Shown in pieces: positions 35,633-44,022 of a stretch of DNA of 64,000 nt (positions are counted from its first letter, which is position 1; the number at the start of each line of letters is the position of its first letter). The notes beneath the pieces are model-generated. The model saw nothing but the letters and a program-made list of their open reading frames with translations, was not told the origin of the DNA and searched no databases. Position numbers and translations under genes: made by a program. Source of the DNA: Stellaceae bacterium. Its GTDB lineage: Bacteria; Pseudomonadota; Alphaproteobacteria; ATCC43930; CGMCC-115725. Location of the stretch: contig DASRLO010000041.1 in assembly GCA_035648415.1 (NCBI GenBank), positions 20,966-84,965 of the forward strand, written 5' to 3'.

Positions 35633-38353
35633 ATGCTGTCGCTCGGGTCGCTGGCCTTCGCGTCGCCGTGGCTGCTTTCGGCGCTGGTCGCGCTGCCGGT
35701 CATCTGGTGGCTGCTGCGGGTGACCCCGCCGGCTCCGCGGCGGGTGCCGTTCCCGGCGCTGCGCCTGCTCCTCGGCCTGACGCCGCGCGAGGAGACGCCG
35801 GCGCGCACCCCGCTCTGGCTCATCGTCCTGCGCACGATCCTCGCCGCGCTGGTCATCCTCGGGCTGGCGCATCCGCTGGTTAATCCACGATCGCCGCTCG
35901 CCGGCGGCGGCGCGCTGATCCTCGTCGTCGACGATGGCTGGGCGGCCGCGCGCGACTGGCAGGCGCGGCAGAACGCGGCGCTCGACCTGCTCGCCGAGGC
36001 CGAGCGCGAAAGCCGGCAGGTCGTGCTGCTTACCACCGCGCCGCTCGCCTCCGGCCAGCCCGCGCCGCCGCTGCAGCCGGTCCGCGCCGCCGACGCGCGC
36101 GCCGCGATCCAGGCGCTGACCCCGAAGCCGTGGGGCGTCGACCGCCAGGCGGCGCTGGCCCGGCTCAAGGATCTGCCGCTCGCGGCCGGCACCGGCGCGG
36201 TGTGGCTCAGCGACGAGGTCGATGACGGCGCCGCCGCCGATCTCGCCAAGGCGCTCGCGGCGCGCGGCAGCTTGCGCTATCTCGCCGCCGCGCCGGCCGA
36301 CGCGGCGCGCCTCGTCGCGCCCGGCGGCGCGCCGGGAGATCGTGCCGGCAAGGATCTGTCGGCCGCGGTGAAGACGCTGCCCGCGCCGTTGCCGCGGGTC
36401 GTCACGGTGCGCGCCAGCGCCGAGGACGGCGCGCTGCTCGCCCGCCAAAGCGCGACAATCGACGCCGACGCCGGCGGCGCGCTGGTCAAGCTGGCGATGC
36501 CGGGCGAACTGCGCAACCGGGTCGCCCGCATCGACATCGAGGGCGAGCCATCGGCCGGCGGCACACTGCTCGTCGACGAGCGCTGGCGCCGCCGTCCGGT
36601 CGGCGTCGCCGCCGGCAGCAGCCCCGGCGCCCAGCCGTTGCTCAGCGAGACCTATTACCTCGAGCGCGCGCTCGATCCGTTCACCGAAATCCGCCGCGGT
36701 CCGGCCGACGAACTGCTGAAGCGCGAGCTCGCCGTGCTGGTCTATTCGGATGCCGGCCCGGATTCGCCGGCGGAAGAGGAAACCGTGCGCAAATGGGTCG
36801 AGGCCGGCGGGGTGCTGCTGCGCTTCGCCGGGCCGCATCTCGCCGAAGAGAGCGACCATCTGCTGCCGGTGCGGCTGCGTCGCGGCGGCCGCACGATCGG
36901 CGGCGCGCTCTCCTGGGAGCAGCCGGCGAAGCTCGCGCCGTTCGCGGCGGACAGCCCGTTCGCCGGCCTCGCGATCCCGGCGGACGTCACCGTGTCGCGG
37001 CAGGTGCTGGCCGAGCCCGACATCGACCTCGCCGGCAAGACCTGGGCCCGGCTCGCCGACGGCACCCCGCTCGTCACCGCGGAGAAGCAGGGCCAGGGCT
37101 GGATCGTGCTGGTCCACACCACCGCCAATGCCGAGTGGTCGAACCTGGCGCTGTCGGGCCTTTTCGTCGAGATGCTGCGCCGGATCGTCGCGCTCAGCGA
37201 GGGCGTCGCCGAACTGGGCGATGCGCTGCTGCCGCCGGTCGAGACGCTGGACGGGTTCGGCCGGCTGCAGCACGCCGCGCCGACGGCGCAGCCGATCGCG
37301 GCCAAGGACATCGCCGGCGCCGCCGCCTCGCCGCGCCATCCGCCCGGCTTTTATGGCACCGCGGACGCGCGGCGGGCGCTCAACTTGGCGTCGGGCATTG
37401 CCGAACTGAAGCCGATCGGCGCGCTGCCCGCCGGTATTGCGCGCGAACCGTTCGCCCGCAAGGCCGAAACCGACATCCGCCCGCCGCTGCTGGTCGCGGC
37501 GCTGCTCCTCGCGCTTGCCGATCTGATGATCGCTTATGTCCTGCGCGGTCTGCTGCGCTGGCCGGCGCGCCGCGCGGCGGTCGTGCTGGTGCCGATGCTG
37601 CTGCTCCCGGCCGCATCCCGCGCCGACGACAGCTTCGCGATCCGCGCAACGTCGGAGCTGCGCCTCGCCTATGTCCGCACCGGGGTCGGCGAAATCGACG
37701 GCGAGAGCCGCGACGGCCTCGCCGGGCTCAACCAGGTCCTCAACCGCCGCACCGCGGTCGAGACCGCCGAGCCGCTCGCGGTCGATGTCGAGAGCGACGA
37801 GCTGATCTTCTTTCCGCTGCTCTATTGGCCGGTGACGGCCGATCAGCCGGCGCCCTCGCCGCAAGCGGTCGAGCGCATCAACCGCTATATCGAGACCGGC
37901 GGCACGATCCTGTTCGACACCCGCGATGCCGGCGACGGCACGCCCGGCGTCTACGGCAGCGCGGCGCAATCGGCCGAACGCCTCAAGAATCTCGTCGGCG
38001 GCGTCAAGATACCGCCCTTGGCGCCGATCCCGCCCGACCATGTGCTGACCAAATCGTTTTATCTGCTGCATGAATTCCCCGGCCGCTGGAACAGCGGCCA
38101 GCTTTGGGTCGAGCCGGCCGAGGACCGGGTCAACGACGGCGTTTCCAGCGTCATCGTCGGCGGCAACGACTGGGCCGGCGCCTGGGCGATCGACGCCGAC
38201 GGGCACCCCGAATACCCGGTGGTGCCGGGCGGCGAGCAGCAGCGCGAGATGGCGCTGCGCTTCGGCGTCAACCTCGTGATGTACGTTCTGACCGGCAACT
38301 ACAAGAGCGACCAGGTGCACGTCCCGGCGATCCTGGAGCGCCTCGGGCAATGA
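35633..38353 (+). CDS. Large membrane protein with BatA-type N-terminal double-TM domain and C-terminal DUF4159-like domain
   Basis: 906 aa. The N-terminus is FASPWLLSALVALPVIWWLLR...PLWLIVLRTILAALVILGLAHP. The C-terminus is FFPLLYWPV...GGNDWAGAW...LRFGVNLVMYVLTGNYKSDQVHV. Confidence 0.8.
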   Translation: MLSLGSLAFASPWLLSALVALPVIWWLLRVTPPAPRRVPFPALRLLLGLTPREETPARTPLWLIVLRTILAALVILGLAHPLVNPRSPLAGGGALILVVDDGWAAARDWQARQNAALDLLAEAERESRQVVLLTTAPLASGQPAPPLQPVRAADARAAIQALTPKPWGVDRQAALARLKDLPLAAGTGAVWLSDEVDDGAAADLAKALAARGSLRYLAAAPADAARLVAPGGAPGDRAGKDLSAAVKTLPAPLPRVVTVRASAEDGALLARQSATIDADAGGALVKLAMPGELRNRVARIDIEGEPSAGGTLLVDERWRRRPVGVAAGSSPGAQPLLSETYYLERALDPFTEIRRGPADELLKRELAVLVYSDAGPDSPAEEETVRKWVEAGGVLLRFAGPHLAEESDHLLPVRLRRGGRTIGGALSWEQPAKLAPFAADSPFAGLAIPADVTVSRQVLAEPDIDLAGKTWARLADGTPLVTAEKQGQGWIVLVHTTANAEWSNLALSGLFVEMLRRIVALSEGVAELGDALLPPVETLDGFGRLQHAAPTAQPIAAKDIAGAAASPRHPPGFYGTADARRALNLASGIAELKPIGALPAGIAREPFARKAETDIRPPLLVAALLLALADLMIAYVLRGLLRWPARRAAVVLVPMLLLPAASRADDSFAIRATSELRLAYVRTGVGEIDGESRDGLAGLNQVLNRRTAVETAEPLAVDVESDELIFFPLLYWPVTADQPAPSPQAVERINRYIETGGTILFDTRDAGDGTPGVYGSAAQSAERLKNLVGGVKIPPLAPIPPDHVLTKSFYLLHEFPGRWNSGQLWVEPAEDRVNDGVSSVIVGGNDWAGAWAIDADGHPEYPVVPGGEQQREMALRFGVNLVMYVLTGNYKSDQVHVPAILERLGQ

Positions 38354-40446
38354 GCTTTAGCGCCTACACCGTCGCCGTCGCGCCGCTGATCCCATGGCGG
38401 ATCATCGCCGTGCTCGCCGGAATCGCGCTGCTGATCCTGGCGCTCGGAGCGTGGCGCCGGGCGCGCGGTCTGTCTTGGCGCGGCGCGGCGATCGCGATCC
38501 TCCTGGCGACCCTCGTCAACCCGGCGCTGGTCGAGGAAAAACGCACGCCGCAGCGCGACATCGCGGTGGTCGTCCTGGACGAATCGCCGAGCCAGCAGAT
38601 CCGCGACCGCGCCGCCGCCAGCGAACAGGCGCTGGCAGCCGTCAACGCGCGGCTCGCGCGGCAACCCGACCTCGATGTCCGGATCGTGCGCGCCGGCAAG
38701 CCGCAGCCCGGCGCCGGCGACGACGGCACGCGGCTCTTTACCGCGCTCAATCACGCGCTCGGCGACGTACCGCGCCAGCGCCTCGCCGGTGTCGTGATGA
38801 TCACCGACGGCGAGGTTCATGACATCCCGGCCGGCGACGTCAAGACCGCCGCCGAGCAACTCGGCGCGCCGCTCCATGTCCTGCTCTCGGGGCGGCCGGG
38901 CGAGGGCGACCGCCGTCTCGTCGTCAAGGAGGCGCCAAGCTTCGGCCTGGTCGGCAAGGAGGCGGCGCTGACCGTGCGGGTCGAGGATTTGCCGGAGACG
39001 CAGGAGGCGGCCCAAACCGACGCCAAGCTCACCTGGCGCAAGGATGGCGGCGCGGCGCATGTCCAGCTCGTGCCGGTCGGCCGCGACATCGCGCTGTCGA
39101 TCCCGATCGACCACGGTGGCCCCAACGTGCTGGAGCTCGCGGTCGAGGCCGGGCCGCGGGAGCTGACGCTGGTCAACAACCGCGCCGCGGTGGTCGTCAA
39201 CGGGGTGCGCGACCGCCTAAAGGTGTTGCTGGTTTCGGGCGAGCCGCATGCCGGGGAGCGGGTGTGGCGCAACATCCTCAAATCCGATCCGTCGGTCGAC
39301 CTCGTCCACTTCACCATCCTGCGCCCGCCCGAAAAGCAGGACGGCACGCCGATCCGCGAATTGTCGCTGATCGCCTTTCCGATCCGCGAGCTGTTCGACG
39401 TCAAACTCAGCGAATTCGACCTCATCATCTTCGACCGCTACAGCCGGCGCGGGGTGATCCCGCAGAGCTACATCCAGAATGTTGTCGACTATGTGCGCAA
39501 GGGCGGCGCCTTTCTCGAAGCGACCGGCCCCAGCTTCGGCACGCCGATGAGCCTTTTCCGCACGCCGCTCGGCGAAATCCTGCCGACCGAGCCGACCGGC
39601 AATGTCGAGGAGGAGGGGTTCAAGCCGGAGCTGACCGCGCTCGGTTGGCGCCATCCGGTGACCGCGGATCTGCCGGGTGCGGGCGAACCCGGCGGATCCC
39701 CGAGCTGGGGACGCTGGTTCCGCCAGGTCGACGCGCATGTGCACCACGGCACGACCTTGATGACTGGCGACCACGGCGAGCCGCTGCTGGTGCTCGACCG
39801 CGCCGGCAAGGGCCGCGTCGCACAGCTGCTCTCGGACCAGATGTGGCTGTGGGCGCGCGGTTTCGAGGGCGGCGGGCCGCAGGCCGAGTTGCTGCGCCGC
39901 CTCGCCTATTGGCTGATGAAGGAGCCCGACCTCGAGGAGAACGATCTGCGCGCCGCGGTCGAGGGCGACCGGCTGACCGTCACCCGTCAATCGCTCGAAC
40001 CCGACGACAAGCCGGTCACCGTCACCGCGCCCGACGGCGCCACCTCTACCATGCACCTCACCGCCGGGCATGGCGGCCGCAGCACCGGGACGCTCGCGGT
40101 GAGCCAGATGGGCCTCTACCGGGTGACCGACGGCACCCGCACCGCTTTGGCGGCGGCGGGGCCGCTCAACCCGGTCGAGTTCGCCGATGTCCGCGCCACG
40201 CCCGAGAAGCTCGCGCCGCTCGTGGCGGCGAGCGGCGGCGGCGAATTCTGGATCGGCGACGGCGTGCCGGAAGTCCGCCGCGTCGCCGCCGGCCGCGCCA
40301 CCGCCGGGAACGGCTGGCTCGGCCTGAGGGAAAACCAGGACTACGTCGTCGCCGGGTTCAGCGAAACCCCGCTGCTGCCGGGCATCGCCGCGCTGCTGCT
40401 GGCGGTCGGCACGCTGATCGCCGCCTGGCGCCGCGAAGGGCGGTAA
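38350..40446 (+). CDS. Membrane protein, fourth gene of the MoxR operon (N- and C-terminal TM anchors, large periplasmic/cytosolic body)
   Basis: This is the in-frame part of ORF 38104..40446, from MSFSAYTVAVAPLIPWRIIAVLAGIALLIL. It has an ATGA overlap with the upstream stop. The body includes LKVLLVSGEPHAGERVWRNILKSDPSVDLVHFTILRPPEKQDG. Confidence 0.75.
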   Translation: MSFSAYTVAVAPLIPWRIIAVLAGIALLILALGAWRRARGLSWRGAAIAILLATLVNPALVEEKRTPQRDIAVVVLDESPSQQIRDRAAASEQALAAVNARLARQPDLDVRIVRAGKPQPGAGDDGTRLFTALNHALGDVPRQRLAGVVMITDGEVHDIPAGDVKTAAEQLGAPLHVLLSGRPGEGDRRLVVKEAPSFGLVGKEAALTVRVEDLPETQEAAQTDAKLTWRKDGGAAHVQLVPVGRDIALSIPIDHGGPNVLELAVEAGPRELTLVNNRAAVVVNGVRDRLKVLLVSGEPHAGERVWRNILKSDPSVDLVHFTILRPPEKQDGTPIRELSLIAFPIRELFDVKLSEFDLIIFDRYSRRGVIPQSYIQNVVDYVRKGGAFLEATGPSFGTPMSLFRTPLGEILPTEPTGNVEEEGFKPELTALGWRHPVTADLPGAGEPGGSPSWGRWFRQVDAHVHHGTTLMTGDHGEPLLVLDRAGKGRVAQLLSDQMWLWARGFEGGGPQAELLRRLAYWLMKEPDLEENDLRAAVEGDRLTVTRQSLEPDDKPVTVTAPDGATSTMHLTAGHGGRSTGTLAVSQMGLYRVTDGTRTALAAAGPLNPVEFADVRATPEKLAPLVAASGGGEFWIGDGVPEVRRVAAGRATAGNGWLGLRENQDYVVAGFSETPLLPGIAALLLAVGTLIAAWRREGR

Positions 40447-40471
40447 GATGTTCCCCGCGCCAAACATAAAT

Positions 40472-40551
40472 TCGTCTTTCCCGCGAAAGCGGGGGCCCAG
40501 GGCGACCGTTACGTCGCACGTACTGGGTTCCCGCTTTCGCGGGAAAGACGA
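40472..40551. repeat. 80-bp nested-palindrome MITE-like element (family A)
   Basis: The 22-nt arms tcgtctttcccgcgaaagcggg (40472-40493) and cccgctttcgcgggaaagacga (40530-40551) are perfect inverted repeats. Each arm contains its own palindrome, cccgcgaaagcggg. The element is intergenic. Confidence 0.85.
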
Positions 40552-40572
40552 TTAAACAGCATCGAACGACCC

Positions 40573-41259
40573 ATGCTCCGCCAGATCATCGCTCCGCTGC
40601 ATCCCGACGGCTGGAAATTCGTCGCGATCGGCGTCGTCGCCACCGTCATCCTCTATCTCCTGTGGCACCCGGCGGGGTGGCTGGCGCTGATCGTGACGCT
40701 GTGGGTCGCGTATTTCTTCCGCGACCCGTGGCGGGTGACGCCGACCCGGTCCGGGCTTGTCGTCAGCCCGGCCGACGGCATCGTCGTCTCGCTCGCGCCG
40801 GCGCCGCCGCCGGTCGAGCTCGACATGGGCAGCGCGCCGGTGACGCGGATCGGCATCTTCCTCAACCTGTTCGACGTGCATGTCGCGCGCGCCCCGGCGG
40901 CGGGGACGGTCGCGGCGCGCGAATACACGCCCGGCCGCTTCGTCAATGCCAGCCTCGACAAGGCGAGCGAGCACAACGAGCGGCTGGCGCTGCGCCTCAG
41001 CCCGCTTGACGGCCCCGACATCGCCTGTGTGCTGATCGCCGGCCTCGTCGCCCGGCGCATCGTCTGTCCGCTGCTCGCCGGACAGCGCGTCGCCGCCGGC
41101 GAGCGCATCGGCATCATCCGGTTCGGCTCGCGCGCCGACATCTACCTGCCGCCGCCCTACGTGCCGCTGGTCGTGCTCGGCCAGCGCATGATCGCCGGCG
41201 AGACCGTGCTGGCCGACCGCGACGCCACGGAAAGGCCGCGCGAAGGCTTCAGCCACTGA
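40573..41259 (+). CDS. psd: Phosphatidylserine decarboxylase proenzyme (short form)
   Basis: 228 aa with two N-terminal TM helices, VVSPADGIVV, FLNLFDVHV, and the self-cleavage-site context IRFGSRADIYLP. Confidence 0.9.
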   Translation: MLRQIIAPLHPDGWKFVAIGVVATVILYLLWHPAGWLALIVTLWVAYFFRDPWRVTPTRSGLVVSPADGIVVSLAPAPPPVELDMGSAPVTRIGIFLNLFDVHVARAPAAGTVAAREYTPGRFVNASLDKASEHNERLALRLSPLDGPDIACVLIAGLVARRIVCPLLAGQRVAAGERIGIIRFGSRADIYLPPPYVPLVVLGQRMIAGETVLADRDATERPREGFSH

Positions 41260-41286
41260 GCGCGGTTTTGATGTAAACTTGCCGCC

Positions 41287-42198
41287 ATGAGGAATATTCG
41301 CGACAAGATGCGGCAGCCACGGGTGCGCGTGCGCCGGCGGCCGATGCGAGGCATGCGGGTGCGCCGCATCCAGGAGCTGTCGGTCCAGCGCATGGTGCCG
41401 AATGTGCTGACCTTGCTGGCGCTGTGCGCCGGCATGACCGCGATCCGCTTCGCGCTCACCGGCAATTTCCAGGCCGCGGTTTATGCGATCATCGCCGCCG
41501 GGGTGCTCGACGGGCTCGACGGCCGTGTCGCCCGCCTGTTGAAGGCGACCTCGCATTTCGGCGCCGAACTCGACAGCCTTTCGGATTTCGTCAGCTTCGG
41601 GGTGGCGCCGGCGGCGGTGATGTATCTGTGGACGATGTCGGGGCTGCACAGCCTCGGCTGGGCGATCGTCCTGTTCTACGCGGTATGCTGCGCGCTGCGC
41701 CTGGCGCGGTTCAACACCCAGCTATCCGCCGAGCCGGCGCCGCAGCCCGGCTATTTCACCGGCGTGCCGGCGCCGGGCGGGGCCGGCTTGGTGCTGATGC
41801 CGATGTACGCCAGCTTCGAATGGGGCGATTGGATCACCCGCTCGCCCTATCTCGGCGCGGTGTGGATCGCCGGCATCGCCTTCCTGATGGTGAGCCGCAT
41901 CCCGACCCTGTCGCTGAAGAAATTCCGCATTCCGCAGCATTACGTGGTGCCGACCCTGCTCGGCATCGGCTTGCTGGCGGCGTTCCTGACCACCGCGCCG
42001 TGGCCGACGCTGCTGCTGGTCGGGATGCTCTATCTCGGATCGATTCCGCCAACGGCGCGCGCCGCCGCGGCAGCGCGCCGCGGCGCCGCGGCGAAGAAGC
42101 CGGAACCCGTCGCCGAAGCTCCGGCGCTGATCGCCGCCCAGCCCCTCGCGGCGCCGCTCGGCGACGCCGCCGCGCCGGCCAACGAATGGCGCCATTGA
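41287..42198 (+). CDS. pssA: CDP-diacylglycerol--serine O-phosphatidyltransferase
   Basis: 303 aa. The CDP-alcohol phosphotransferase motif is DGLDGRVARLLKATSHFGAELDSLSD. It lies downstream of psd. Confidence 0.9.
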   Translation: MRNIRDKMRQPRVRVRRRPMRGMRVRRIQELSVQRMVPNVLTLLALCAGMTAIRFALTGNFQAAVYAIIAAGVLDGLDGRVARLLKATSHFGAELDSLSDFVSFGVAPAAVMYLWTMSGLHSLGWAIVLFYAVCCALRLARFNTQLSAEPAPQPGYFTGVPAPGGAGLVLMPMYASFEWGDWITRSPYLGAVWIAGIAFLMVSRIPTLSLKKFRIPQHYVVPTLLGIGLLAAFLTTAPWPTLLLVGMLYLGSIPPTARAAAAARRGAAAKKPEPVAEAPALIAAQPLAAPLGDAAAPANEWRH

Positions 42199-42253
42199 GG
42201 CGGGGCTTCCTTCCGACTTAAGCTGATGCGACGCGACGGGTAAAGGCGACGCC

Positions 42254-42649
42254 ATGCTCAGCTTCGATCTCAAGGCCGAGGAGAAATTCGACCCCAAGCA
42301 CCATGTCGAGAAAATCCTCGGCACCGCGGGCGAGGGCGACGTCACTGTCGCCTGCTGGGAGCCGGGGCAGGTCAGCCCCTACCATTGCCACCCGAACGCG
42401 GTCGAACTCTATTTCTGCTTCGAGGGCGGCGGCACGATGCGCACCCCGGCCGAAACGGTCGAGGTGAAGCCCGGCTCGTTCGTCGTCCACCCGCGCGGCG
42501 AACTGCACGAATGGATCACCGGACCCGAGCGCACCCTGCTCTTCCGGGTGCGCTACGGCGAGGAATTCTCCGGCCGCACCAAGGAATGGCCGAGCAACCT
42601 CGACTGGCGGCCGCGGCCCCAGGACACCGAGTATTTCAGGGGGGGCTGA
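42254..42649 (+). CDS. Cupin-domain protein
   Basis: 131 aa. The cupin motifs are PYHCHPNAVELYFCFEG and VHPRGELHEW. Confidence 0.7.
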   Translation: MLSFDLKAEEKFDPKHHVEKILGTAGEGDVTVACWEPGQVSPYHCHPNAVELYFCFEGGGTMRTPAETVEVKPGSFVVHPRGELHEWITGPERTLLFRVRYGEEFSGRTKEWPSNLDWRPRPQDTEYFRGG

Positions 42650-42665
42650 GCCATGCTCGTTCGCC

Positions 42666-42947
42666 ATGACCGGAATAATCATCGATGAAGAGCGGGCCGG
42701 GCATATATTTAGGGACGCAGACGGTCACTTGCGGGAAGACACGCCAGAAAATCGCCGAATCCTGATAGCGACCGCCAGCCGGCCGGCGAATTTTCTCGGG
42801 GCGGATCGGTTCGGGAATGGCTGGTTCGCCGGCAGACGCGCCGACGGGACGCAGATCTGGGTGCAAGTGCGGGAAGGCAGAATAACGAATGGCGGGGTCA
42901 ATGTGATTCCGCGCGATTTCAGTTTCGCTGCATCGAGTGCGATATGA
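42666..42947 (+). CDS. Stand-alone toxin-domain-like small protein (93 aa), family not assigned
   Basis: It carries GHIFRDADGHLREDTPENRRIL...FGNGWFAGRRADGTQIWVQVREGRITNGGVNVIPR. The locus has low GC and no clear SD. Its stop overlaps the ATG of the next ORF (ATGA at 42944-42947). Confidence 0.55.
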   Translation: MTGIIIDEERAGHIFRDADGHLREDTPENRRILIATASRPANFLGADRFGNGWFAGRRADGTQIWVQVREGRITNGGVNVIPRDFSFAASSAI

Positions 42948-43180
42948 AACATCAGCGATTGTCACCGGAGCAGGCGTTCGCCGCCATGGCAATGTTTCTG
43001 GACGGGTACCACGCCCGAACCGGCGGCCGCGGCAATCTCGGCGCCTTGCTGGGTGATCTCGAAGTCAATAAGCGAGACGGCTTAACCGTTGACCCTGCCG
43101 CATGGACCGATTGGCTGACCGCCGTCGAGGAGGTTCTCGCGCGGGATCGGAATAAGCAGTTGGTTACGGCGCGACGATAG
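42944..43180 (+). CDS. Immunity/antitoxin-like small protein (78 aa)
   Basis: It is translationally coupled to the 42666 ORF and predicted helical: EQAFAAMAMFLDGYHARTG...LGALLGDL...DPAAWTDWLTAVEEVL. Confidence 0.5.
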   Translation: MKHQRLSPEQAFAAMAMFLDGYHARTGGRGNLGALLGDLEVNKRDGLTVDPAAWTDWLTAVEEVLARDRNKQLVTARR

Positions 43181-43285
43181 CTAGCTTCACCGAGCGCCAA
43201 CCACCTCATGCTCAACCCGGTCTCGAACCATGTCGATCAGGTTGACGCGCTGGCGGAGGTGGTTGGCCTGAAATAGGAGGTGGCT

Positions 43286-44014
43286 ATGCCGTCGACCGAC
43301 ATCGTCAAGCAGCAGGTCGCGGCGCATTGGGGCCGGCGCGCGGCACATTTCGACGAAGATTTCGGCCACAGCATCCGCACCGCCGAAGAGCGCGTGGCGT
43401 GGGACCGGGTGTTCGCGCTGGCCGTGGGCGGGCGCGAGGGACTGGCCGCGCTCGATGTCGGCTGCGGCACCGGGTTCCTCAGCCTCGAACTGTCCCGGCG
43501 CGGCCATCGGGCCACCGGCATCGATTTCGCGCCGGCGATGCTGGCGCTGGCGAAGGAGAAGGCGGCTTCGGCCGGCGCGAACGTGCACTTCCAAGAAGCG
43601 GACGCCGAGGCATTGCCGTACGCCGCCGCGAGTTTCGATCTGGTGATCACCCGGCATGTGCTGTGGACCTTGCCGCATCCGGAGCCGGCGATCGACGAGT
43701 GGATCCGCGTGCTGCGGCCCGGCGGCCGGCTCGCCGTCATTGACGGGCACTCGCTGATCGCGCCCGGCGAGGAGCAGACCTACAGCGCCCGGCGCAGCGC
43801 CGAATACGCGCCGATCGGCGACCGGCTGCCGTTTCTGATGGGCAGGCCGCAGGAGGAGATCGAGGCGCTGTTCCGCGCCCACGGGCTGGTCGAGGTCGGC
43901 GGCGATCCGCTCGCCGATGTGATCATCGCGCAGAACAACCGCGCCGCCGCCGACGGCGAGGAATTGCGCCCGCGCCGCCGTTACGTGGTGTGGGGCGACG
44001 TGCCGTTGGCCTGA
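43286..44014 (+). CDS. Class I SAM-dependent methyltransferase
   Basis: Lies in ORF 43280..44014. The ATG at 43286 sits 5 nt after AGGAGG. Motif I is LDVGCGTGFLSLEL, followed by LRPGGRLAVIDG. Confidence 0.85.
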   Translation: MPSTDIVKQQVAAHWGRRAAHFDEDFGHSIRTAEERVAWDRVFALAVGGREGLAALDVGCGTGFLSLELSRRGHRATGIDFAPAMLALAKEKAASAGANVHFQEADAEALPYAAASFDLVITRHVLWTLPHPEPAIDEWIRVLRPGGRLAVIDGHSLIAPGEEQTYSARRSAEYAPIGDRLPFLMGRPQEEIEALFRAHGLVEVGGDPLADVIIAQNNRAAADGEELRPRRRYVVWGDVPLA

Positions 44015-44022
44015 CCTCGAAC

